This document shows positions 11,101-23,100 of a DNA stretch of 64,000 nt, piece by piece; positions within the stretch are counted from its first letter, which is position 1; every line of letters starts with the position of its first letter. Source of the stretch: Scyliorhinus canicula (lineage: Eukaryota); NCBI RefSeq assembly GCF_902713615.1, contig NC_052168.1, positions 1,922,001 to 1,986,000 on the forward strand, in the 5' to 3' direction. A model generated the notes under the pieces. It had not been told where the DNA came from. It saw nothing but the letters and a program-made list of their open reading frames with translations, and made no database searches. Made by a program: the position numbers and the translations under genes.

Positions 11101-14100
11101 GTCCCACAGGGATCAGTGTTGGGGTCCCACAGGGATCAGTGTTGGGGTCCCACAGGGATCAGTGTTGGGGACAGGGATCAGTGTTGGGGTCCCACAGGGA
11201 TCAGTGTTGGGGTCCCACAGGGATCAGTGTTGGGGTCCCACAGGGATCAGTGTTGGGGTCCCACAGGGATCAGTGTTGGGGCCCCACAGGGATCAGTGTT
11301 GGGGACAGGGATCAGTGTTGGGGTCCCACAGGGATCAGTGTTGGGGCCCCACAGGGATCAGTGTTGGGGACAGGGATCAGTGTTGGGGTCCCACAGGGAT
11401 TAGTGTTGGAGCCGTTGCTGTTTGTGGTTTATATAAATGATTTAAATATGAATGTCGGAGGTTCATCAATAAGTTTGTGGATGATTGGAAAATCGGTGGG
11501 TGGTGAATAGTGAGGAGTATAGCCTCCGATTACAGCAGGATACAGCCGGGCTGATCAGACGGGATGGTCAGGGGCAAATGGAATTCAATCCGGATAAGTG
11601 TGAGGTGATCCACTTGGGCAGGACAAACAAGGCAAAGGGGAATACAGGATAAACGGCAGGACCCTGGGAAGCACCGAGGATCAGAGGGATCTTGCTGTGC
11701 ATGTACACCGGTACCTTAAGGTAGCAGAGCAGGTGGATACAGTGGTTAAGAAGGCACCTGGTATACTTGCCTTTATTAGCCGAGGCACAGAGTTTAAGAG
11801 CAGAGAGGTAATAATGATAATCGCTTATTGTCACAAGTAGGCTTCAATGAAGTTACTGTGAAAGCCCCGAGTCGCCACATTCCGGCACCTGTTTGGGAGG
11901 CCGGTACGGGAATTGAACCGTGCTACTGGCCTTGTTCTGCATTACAAGCCAGCTGTTTAGCCCACTATGCTGAACCAGCCCCTAAACCAGGTTATGCTGG
12001 AACTGTAATAAAAATGTTGGTTAGGCCACAGCTAGTGTACTGTGTACAGTTCTGAATCCACATTATAGGAGGGATGTGATAGCACTGGGAAGGGTGCGAG
12101 GAGATTTACCAGGATGATGTCTGAGTTTCAGCTCGGAAAGAAGTTTGGATAGGCTGGGGCTGTTTTCCTTGGAGCAGATGGAACATGATTGAGACCCTGT
12201 TTATAACATATTGACCCTGTCTATGACACGTTGACACTGTCTGTGACACATTGACCCTGTCTATAACACATTGATACTGTCTGTGACACGTTGACCCTGT
12301 CTGTGACACGTTGACACTGTCTGTGACACATTGATCCTGTCTATAACACATTGATTCTGTCTGTGACACATTGACCCTGTCTGTGACACATTGATCCTGT
12401 CTGTGACACATTGACCCTGTCTATAACACATTGATTCTGTCTGTGACACATTGACCCTGTCTGTGACACATTGACCCTGTCTGTGACACATTGATTCTGT
12501 CTGTGACACATTGACCCTGTCTGTGACACATTGACCCTGTCTGTGACACATTGACCCTGTCTGTGACACATTGATTCTGTCTGTGACACATTGACCCTGT
12601 CTGTGACACATTGACCCTGTCTGTGACACATTGATTCTGTCTGTGACACATTGACCCTGTCTGTGACACATTGACACTGTCTGTGACACATTGACCCTGT
12701 CTATAACACATTGATTCTGTCTGTGACACATTGATCCTGTCTGTGACACATTGACCCTGTCTGTGACACATTGATTCTGTCTGTGACACATTGACCCTGT
12801 CTGTGACACATTGACCCTGTCTGTGACACATTGATTCTGTCTGTGACACATTGACCCTGTCTGTGACACATTGACCCTGTCTGTGACACATTGATTCTGT
12901 CTGTGACACATTGACCCTGTCTGTGACACATTGACACTGTCTGTGACACATTGACCCTGTCTATAACACATTGATTCTGTCTGTGACACATTGACCCTAT
13001 CTATAACACATTGACCCTGTCTGTGACACATTGACCCTGTCTGTGACACATTGACCCTGTCTGTGACACATTGACCCTGTCTGTGACACATTGACCCTGT
13101 CTGTGACACATTGATTCTGTCTATAACACATTGACCCTGTCTGTGACACATTGACCCTGTCTGTGACACATTGATTCTGTCTGTGACACATTGATCCTGT
13201 CTATAACACATTGATTCTGTCTATAACACATTGATTCTGTCTGTGACACATTGATACTGTCTGTGACACATTGACCCTGTCTGTGACACATTGATTCTGT
13301 CTGTGACACATTGACCCTGTCTGTGACACATTGACCCTGTCTGTGACACATTGATCCTGTCTGTGACACATTGACCCTGTCTATAACACATTGATTCTGT
13401 CTGTGACACATTGACCCTGTCTGTGACACATTGACCCTGTCTGTGACACATTGACCCTGCCTGTGACACATTGATTCTGTCTGTGACACATTGACCCTGT
13501 CTGTGACACATTGACCCTGTCTGTGACACATTGATCCTGTCTGTGACACATTGACCCTGTCTGTGACACATTGATCCTGTCTGTGACACATTGACACTGT
13601 CTGTGACACATTGACCCTGTCTGTGACACATTGACCCTGTCTGTGACACATTGATCCTGTCTGTGACACAGTGATTCTGTCTGTGACACATTGACACTGT
13701 CTGTGACACATTGACCCTGTCTGTGACACATTGACCCTGTCTGTGACACATTGACCTTGTCTGTGACACATTGGCCCTGTCTGTGACACATTGACCCTGT
13801 GACACATTGACCCTGTCTATAACACATTGATCCTGTCTGTGACACATTGATCCTGTCTATAACACATTGACCCTGTCTATAACACATTGACCCTGTCTGT
13901 GACACATTGATTCTGTCTGTGACACATTGATCCTGTCTGTGACACATTGACCCTGTCTGTGACACATTGATCCTGTCTATAACATATTGATTCTGTCTGT
14001 GACACATTGACCCTGTCTGTGACGCATTGATCCTGTCTATAACACATTGATTCTGTCTATAACACATTGATTCTGTCTGTGACACATTGACCCTGTCTGT

Positions 14101-17100
14101 GACACATTGACCCTGTCTGTGACACATTGACCCTGTCTGTGACACATTGATCCTGTCTGTGACACATTGACCCTGTCTGTGACACATTGACCCTGTCTGT
14201 GACACATTGACCCTGTCTGTGGCACATTGACCCTGTCTGTGACACATTGACACTGTCTGTGACACATTGACCCTGTCTGTGACACATTGACCCTGTCTGT
14301 GACACATTTTTCTGTCTGGAGCTCACCAGGCCCAAGTCGGGTAAGACGGGCAGAGAACAAAATCCACTCGCAGTAGTGAGTTAGCCCTGCTGCCTCACGG
14401 CACCAAGGTCCCAGGTTCAATCCCGGCTCTGGGTCACTGTCCGTGTGGAGATTGCACATTCTCGTGCTTGCGTGGGTCTCGCCCCCACAACCCAAAGATG
14501 TGCAGGATAGGCCGTTTGGCCATGCTAAATTGCCCCTTAATTGGAAAAAATGAATTGGGGCCTCTAAATTTAAAAAAGAAGAATCTGTGAATTCGGAGCA
14601 GGTTGTGGCCATTTCGGGACTGCTTCACTATTTGATAAGATCTTGTCCACACCATTTTCCTTCCCAACGGTATTGAACTGAGAGTTCTGTCCTCATAATG
14701 AGGTGCATCAGCTGCCTTCCTGTGACTAACTCTGTCCTCTTTCAGCTCCTGGCACCTTCCACCTCAAGAAATTCTCCAAAACATCAGGCCTGGCCACGAA
14801 ATCCGCACAAGAGATGGAGAAAATCTTCGGCATTCTTGACAACGACAAAAGTGGCTTCATAGAGAAAAGCGAGCTCAAGTATGGAACCGACTGACTTTGT
14901 TTGAAATACTAACTTGAAATAATAACAGGTGTGAGAGTAGGAAAACCACACTGCAGACAGGGAATGTAACTGGGAAACCGGAAGTAGCCACTGGGGAAGG
15001 AGTACTTACTTTTATTGAGATGTCATACTTGGGCGGCACGGTAGCACAGTGGTTAGCACTGTTGCTTCACAGCGCTAGTGAACCGGGTTCAATTCCCGGT
15101 TTGGGTCACTGTCTGTGCGGAGTCTGCATGTTCTCCCCGTGTCTGCGTGGGTTTCCTCCGGGCGCTCCGGTTTCTTCCTACAAGTCCCGAAAGACGTGCT
15201 GTTAGGTGAATTAGACATTCTGAATTCTCCCTCAGTGTACCCGAACAGGCGCCGGAATGTGGCGACTAGGGGCTTTTCACAGTAACTTCTTTGTAGTGTT
15301 TTTTGTTTTGTTTTGTAAATTTAGAATACCCAATTTTTCTTTATCCAATTAGGGGGCAATTTAGCATGGCCAATCCACCTGCCCTGCGCATCAACCTGCA
15401 GATCAGGAATAAGAAGGGTGCAGTCACAATGTTGGGGGTTTACTACAGGCCTTCAAACAGTCAGCGGGCGATAGAGGAGCAGATAGGTAGACAGATTTTG
15501 GAAATGAGTAAAATCAACAGTTGTTGTGATGGGAGACTTCAACTTCCCCAATATTGACTGGGACTCACTTAGTGCGAGGGGCCTGGACGGGGCAGAGTTT
15601 CTAAGGAGCATCTAGGAGTGCTTCTTAAAACAATATGTAGACAGTCCAACTAGGGAAGGGGCTGTACTGGACCTGGTATTGGGGAATGAGCCCGACCAGG
15701 TGGTAGAAGTTTCAGTAGGGGAGCAATTTGGGAACAGTGACCACAATTCAGTAAGTTTTAAAGTGCTGGTGGACAAGGATAAGAGTGGTCCTAGGGTGAA
15801 TGTGCTAAATTGGGGGAAGGCTAATTATAACAATATTAGGCAGGAACTGAAGAACCTAGATTGGGGGAGGATGTTTGAGGGTAAATCAACATCTGACATG
15901 TGGGAGGCTTTCAAATGTCAGTTGAAAGGAATTCAGGACCGGCATGTTCCTGTGCGGAAGAAGGATAAATACGGCAACTTTCGGGAACCTTGGGTAACGA
16001 GAGATATTGTAGGCCTCGTCAAAAAGAAAAAGGAGGCATTTGTCAGGGCTAGAAGGCTGGGAACAGACGAAGCCTGTGTGGAATATATGGAAAGTAGGAA
16101 GGAACTTAAGCAAGGAGTCAGGAGGGCTAGAAGAGGTCACGAAAAGTAATTGGCAAATAGGGTTAAGGAAAATCCCACGGCTTTTTACACGTACATAAAA
16201 AGCAAAAGGGTAGCCAGGGAAAGGATTGGCCCACTGAAGGACAGGCGAGGGAATCTATGTGTGGAGCCAGAGGAAATGGGCAAGGTTCTAAATGAATACT
16301 TTACATCAGTATTCACTAAAGAGGAGGAATTGGTGGATGTTGAGTCTGGAGAAGGGTGTGTAGATAGCCTGGGTCACATTGAGATCCAAAAAGTCGAGAT
16401 GTTGGGCATCTTGTAAAATATTACGGTAGATAAGTCCCCAGGGCCGGATGGGATCTACCCCAGAATACTGAAGGAGGCCAGAGAGGAAATTGCTGAGGCC
16501 TTGACAGAAATCTTTGGATCCTCACTGTCTTCAGGTGATGTCCCGGAGGACTGGAGAATAGCCAATGTTGTTCCTTTGTTTAAGAAGGGTAGCAAGGATA
16601 ATCCAGGGACCTACAGGGGCAGCACGGTAGCATAGTGGTTAGCATCAATGCTTCACAGCTCCAGGGTCCCAGGTTCGGTTCCCGGCTGGGTCACTGTCTG
16701 TGCGGAGTCTGCACGTCCTCCCCGTGTGTGTGTGGGTTTCCTCCGGGTGCTCCGGTTTCCTCCCACAGTCCAAAGATGTGCAGGTTAGGTGGAATTGGCC
16801 TTGCTAAATTGCCCGTAGTGTCTTAAAAAGTAAGGTTAAGGGGGAGTTGTTGGGTTACGGGTATAGGGTGGATACGTGGGTTTGAGTAGGGTGATCATTG
16901 CTCGGCACAACATCGAGGGCCGAAGGGCCTGTTCTGTGCTGTACTGTTCTAAATCTAAATCTACAGGCAGGTGAGCCTTCCGTCAGTGGTAGGGAAATTA
17001 CTGGAGAGAATTCATCGAGACAGGATCTACTCCCATTTGGAAGCAAATGGGCATATTAGTGAGAGGCAGCATGGTTTTGTGAAGGGGAGGTCGTGTCTCA

Positions 17101-20100
17101 CTAACTTGATAGGGTTTTTCGAAGAGGTCACAAAGATGATTGATGCAGGTAGGGCAGTGGATGTTATCTATATGGACTTCAGTAAGGCCTTTGACAAGGT
17201 CCCTCATGGTAGACTGGTACAAAAGGTGAAGTCACACAGGATCAGGAGTGCTGGCAAGGTGGATACAGAATTGGTTAGGTCATAGAAGGCAGAGAGTAGC
17301 AATGGAAAGCTGCTTTTCTGATTGGAGGGCTGTGACTAGTGGTGTTCCGCAGGGATCAGTGCTGGGACCTTTGCTGTTCGTAGTATATATAAATGATTTG
17401 GAGGAAAATTTAAATGGTCTGATTAGTAAGTTTGCAGACGACACAAAGGTAGGTGGAATTGCGGATAGCGATGAGGACTGTCAGAGGATACAGCCGGATT
17501 TAGATCGTTTGGAGACTTGGGCGGAGAGATGGCAGATGGAGTTTAATCCGGAAAAATGTGAGGTAATGCATTTTGGAAGGTCTAATGCAGGTAGGGAGTA
17601 TACAGTGAATGGTAGAACCCTCAAGAGTATTGACAGTCAGAGCGATCTAGGTGTACAGGTCCACAGGTCACTGAAAGGGGCAACACGGGTGGAGAAGGTA
17701 GTCAAAAAGGCATACGGCATGCTTGCCTTCATTGGCTGGGGCATTGAGTAGAAGAATTGGCAAGCCATGTTGCAGCTGTATAGAACCTTAGTGAAATGAA
17801 ATGAAAATCGCTTATTGTCACAAGTAGGCTTCAAATGAAGTTACTGTAAAAGCCCCTAGTCACCACATTCCGGCGCCTGTTCGGGGAGGCTGGTACGGGA
17901 ATTGAACCATGCTGCTGGCCTGCCTTGGTCTGCTTTCAAAGCCAGCGATTTAGCCCAGTGCTAAACAGCCCCTTAGTTAGGCCACACTTGGGGCGGAATT
18001 CTCCGCTCCCGGGAAAAATCGGGGGGGCCGTTGTGAACTCGGCCGAGTTTCACGACGGCCTCGGAGGCCGCTCCTCGCCCCCTATTCTCCCCTCCCGGCG
18101 GGGCTAGGAACGGCGCGCCATAAATCTCGGCCGCCGGGCGTCGCGCCGAGAATGACGCGGCCGGCGGGCCTAATGACGTCAGCCGCGCATGCGCAGGTTG
18201 GCCAGCTCCAACCCGCGCATACACGGCTGACATCATGACGCTGACGGCATGAACCCGCGCATGCGCGGTGGCCATCTTTCCCCTCAGCCACCCTGCAAGA
18301 CGTGGCGGCTTGATCTTGCGGGGCGGCGGAGGGGAAAGAGTGCGTCTGATTTGGACGCCGGCCCGACGATCGGTGGGCACCGATCGCGGGCCTGTCCCCT
18401 CCCGAGCACAGTCGTGGTGCTCTTTCCTTTCTAGGCCACCTACAAGCCCCAAACGGGCTTCTCACTCCCGTTTCACGACGGCAGCGACCAGGTGTGGTTG
18501 CCGCCGTCGTGAAACAGCCGCGAACGGCCGGCCGCTCGGTCGGAGAATCGGCGCTCGCCGTGAAAAACGGCGATTCTTCCAAGCAGGGGGGGAGGGGGGA
18601 GAGAATCGCGGGGGGCACCAGGGGGGGCGTGAAATTTGTTGGGGGGCCCTCCCGCGATTCTCCCACCCGGCGTGGGGAGCGGAGAATCGCGCCCTTGGAG
18701 TATAGTGTTCAATTCTGGTCGCCACACTACCAGAAGGATGTGGAGGCTTTAGAGAGGGTGCAGAAGAGATTTACCAGGATGTTGCATGGTATGGAGGGCA
18801 TTAGCTATGAGGAGCGGTTGAATAAACTCGGTTTGTTCTCACTGGAACGATGGACGCTGATAGCGGTCTTAGGTTTAAGGGGCATAGGTTTAAGGTGTGA
18901 GGGGCAAGGTTTAAAGGAGATGTACGAGGCAGGTTTTTTACACGAGGGTAGTGGGTGCCTGGAACTCGCTGCCGGAGGAGGTGGTGGAAGCAGGGACGAT
19001 AGTGACGTTTAAGGGGCATCTTGATAAATACACGAATAGGATGGGAATAGAGGGATACGGACCCAAGAAGTGGAGAAGATTTTAGTTTAGTCGGGCAGAA
19101 TGGTCGGCATGGGCTTGGAGGGCCGAAGGGCCTGTTCCTGTGCTGTACTTTTCTTTGTTCTTTGTTTGTTCTTTGTACCTTTGGGTTGTGGGGGTGAAAC
19201 CCACGCAGACACGGGGAGAATGTGGAAACTCCACACGGACAGTGACCCAGGACCGGGATTTGAACCCGGGTCCTCAGCGCCGTAGTCCCAGTGCTAACCC
19301 ACTGCGCCACCGTGCCGCCCCACTTCATCGCAGTGTTTTTTTGGTTTTGAAAAAATTTACTGTACCCAATTTATTGTTTTCCAATTAAGGGGACATTTAG
19401 CGTGGCCAATCCACCTACCCTACACATCTTTGGGTTTTGGGATGAAACCCATGCAGACACGGGGAGAATGTGCAAACTCCACACGGACATGTGATTGACC
19501 GGGATTGAACCTGGGACCTCGGCGCCGTGAGGCAGCAATGCTAACCACTGTGCCACCATGCTGCCCAATTGCAGTGTTAATGTGAGGCTACTTGTGACAA
19601 TAATAATAAAAAATTGACACTGGCTGGAACTGGCAGCAGGATATCTAACAGCATCACAGGCCAGCCCCACACAGACACAACACATAAATAGACACACTGC
19701 TGTCCTGTTAATCTGTCTCCTCTCTCAAGGTTCTGATGCAGGGGTTGTTTTTTTTCCTATTGAAGGTCATTTCTTCAGAATTTCTGTCCAGAAGCACGGG
19801 CTCTGAGTGACTCTGAAGCGAAAAGTTTTGTATCGGCTGGAGACGTGAATGGTGATGGGAGAATCGATTTTTCTGGTAAACGTTTAAACATAAACAAATA
19901 ACTTGCCCACTCCTCACACCCGACACGTACATAGACCTTCTGAGAGTTACTGACTGTAAGCTCAAGGAATGGTTCATTTTATGCAAAGGCAAATTGAAAA
20001 GTGTTGCTTCAAAAGCAAATTATTGTGCCAAATTTGTGTAATTTTCCTTCTTTCCTGAAGGTGCTGACTCTCACTGGGGGACAGTTCCTGAAGGTGCTGA

Positions 20101-23100
20101 CTCTCACTGGGATACAGTTCCTGAAGGTGCCGACTCTCACTGGGACACAGTTCCTGAAGGTGCTGACTCTCACTGGGACACAGTTCCTGAAGGTGCTGAC
20201 TCTCACTGGGACACAGTTCCTGAAGGTGCTGACTCTCACTGGGACACAGTTCCTGAAGGTGCTGACTCTCACTGGGACACAGTTCCTGAAGGTGCTGACT
20301 CTCACTGGGACACAGTTCCTGAAGGTGCTGACTTTCACTGGGGGACAGTTTCTGAAGGTGCTGACTCTCACTGGGACACAGTTCCTGAAGGTGCTGACTC
20401 TCACTGGGACACAGTTCCTGAAGGTGCTGACTCTCACTGGGACACAGTTCCTGAAGGTGCTGACTCTCACTGGGACACAGTTCCTGAAGGTGCTGACTCT
20501 CACTGGGACACAGTTCCTGAAGGTGCTGACTCTCACTGGGGTACAGTTCCACGGGCACTAACTTTCAACCAGAAGCCAGCCTGACCCCCCCAGGAGCTAG
20601 GGCAATTTGGAAGGTGAAGTTTTGGTTGTATCTCTGCTAAATGATCTTGTGGTCAGCGAGTGGCTGTCTCGTGGTTTTGTCATTTGCTGCTTCCCAATTT
20701 TGGAGAGTGGGATGGGGCACAAAATAACTTTCTGAACAAAAAGGTGTTATAGGGAGGTAGTCACACCTCAGGTAAAAGAAGAAAGTAGATGGGTTACCGT
20801 CAGGGGAGGCAGAGGGAACCGGCAGGCAGTGCAGGGATCCCCTGTGGTCGTTCCCCTCAATAACAAGTATACCGTTTTGGATACTGTTGCGGGGGACGAC
20901 TTACCAGGGGTAAGCAATGGGGCACATGTCTCTGGCACAGAGTCTGTCCCTGTTGATCAGAAGGGAAGGGAGAAGAGGAACAGAGCACTTGTCATTGGGG
21001 ACTCCATAGTTAGAGGAACAGACAGGAGGTTCTGTGGGAACGAAAGAGACTCACGGTTGGTGTGTTGCCTCCCAGGTGCCAGGGTTCGTGATGTCTCTGA
21101 TCGTGTTTTTGGGATCCTTAAGGGGGAGGGGGAGCAGCCCCAAGTCGTGGTCCACATAGGTACCAACGACATAGGTAGGAAGAGAGATGGGGATTTGAGA
21201 CAGAAATTCAGGGAGCTAGGGTGGAAGCTGAGAGCTAGAACAAACAGAGTTGTTATCTCTGGGTTGTTACCCGTGCCACGTGCTAGCGAAGTAAGAAATA
21301 AGGAGAGAGAGGAGTTGAACACGTGGCTACAGGGATGGTGCAGGAGGGAGGGTTTTGGTTTCCTGGATAATTGGGGCTCATTCTGGGGTAGGTGGGACCT
21401 CTACAAACAGGATGGTCTTCACCTGAACCAGAGGGGTACCAATATCCTGGGAGGGAGATTTGCTAGTGCTCTTCGGGGGGGTTTAAACTAATTCAGCAGG
21501 GGGATGGGAACCTAAATTGTAGTCCCAGTGTACAGGATGTTGAGAGTAGTGAGGTCAGGGATAGGGTTAAAAGTTCGAAAGAGGGCACCGGCAAGCAGGA
21601 CGCTGGTTTGAAGTGTGTCTACTTCAACGCCAGGAGCATCCGGAATAAGGTGGGTGAGCTTGCAGCATGGGTTGGTACCTGGGATCTCGATGTTGTGGCG
21701 ATTTCGGAGACATGGGTAGAGCAGGGACAGGAATGGTTGTTGCAGGTTCCAGGATTTAGATGTTTCTGTAAGAACAGAGAAGATGGTAAAAGAGGGGGGG
21801 GTGTGGCATTGTTAATCAAGGAAAGTATTACGGCGGTAGAAAGGACGCTTGAGGACTCGTCTACTGAGGCAGTATGGGCCGAGGTTAGGAACAGTAGAGG
21901 AGAGGTCACCCTGTTGGGAGTTGTCTATAGACCTCCGAATAGTCCCAGAGATGTAGAGGAAAGGATTGCAAAGATGATTCTTGACAGGAGCGAGAGTAAC
22001 AGGGTAGTTGTTATGGGGGACTTTAACTTTCCAAATATTGACTGGAAATACTATAGTTCGAGTACTATAGATGGGTCAGTTTTTGTGCAGTGTGTGCAGG
22101 AGGGTTTTCTGACACAGTATGTAGACAGGCCAACAAGGGGCGAGGCCACATTGGATTTGGTACTGGGTAATGAACCCGGCCAGGTGTTAGATTTAGATGT
22201 AGGTGAGCACTTTGGTGATAGTGATCACAACTCGGTTATGTTTACTTTAGCAATGGGCAGGGATAGGTATATACCGCAAGGCAAGAATTATAGCTGGGGG
22301 AAAGGCAATTATGATGCTATTCGGCAAGATTTAGGAGGTATAGGATGGGGAAGGAAACTGCAGGGGATGGGTACAATCGAAATGTGGAGCTTTTTCAAGG
22401 AACAGCTACTGCGTGTCCTTGATAAGTATGTACCTGTCAGGCAGGGAGGAAGTTGTCGAGCAAGGGAGCCGTGGTTTACTAAGGAAGTTGAAGCACTTGT
22501 CAAGAGGAAGAAGAAGGCTTATGTTAGGATGAGACGGGCAGCACGGTGGCCTAGTGGTTAGCACAACCGCCTCACGGCGCTGAGGTCCCAGGTTCGATCC
22601 CGGCTCTGGGTCACTGTCCGTGTGGAGTTTGCACGTTCTCCCCGTGTCTGCGTGGGTTTCGCCCCCACAACCCAAAAATGTGCAGAGTAGGTGGATTGGC
22701 CACGCTAAATTGCCCCTTAATTGGAAAAAATAATTGGCTAATCTAAATTTATAAAAAAAAAAAAAAAAAAAATGTTAGGATGAGACATGAAGGCTCAGTT
22801 AGGGCACTTGAGAGTTACAAGTTAGCCAGGAAGGACCTAAAGGGAGAGTTAAGAAGAGCGAGGAGAGGACACGAAAAGTCGTTGGCGGATAGGATCAAGG
22901 AAAACCCTAAGGCTTTCTATAGGTATATCAGGAACAAAAGAATGACTCGAGTAAGATTAGGGCCAATCAAGGATAGTAGTGGAAAGTTGTGTGTGGAATC
23001 AGAGGAGATAGGGGAAGCATTAAATGGATATTTTTCGTCAGTGTTTACACTGGAGAAAGACAATGTTGTCGAGGAGAACACTCAGGTTCAGTCGACCAGG

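Larger units (their letters stand above)
15399..19160 (+). mobile_element. Decayed 5'-truncated CR1 LINE with nested SINEs and MITE
   Basis: APE and RT motifs over several ORFs with stops; CR1 3' tail at ~19120-19160. Confidence 0.92.

Noticed and set aside
8817-11510. 897/845/616-aa ORFs
   Set aside because: Stop-free frames of a minisatellite in a decayed CR1; not genes
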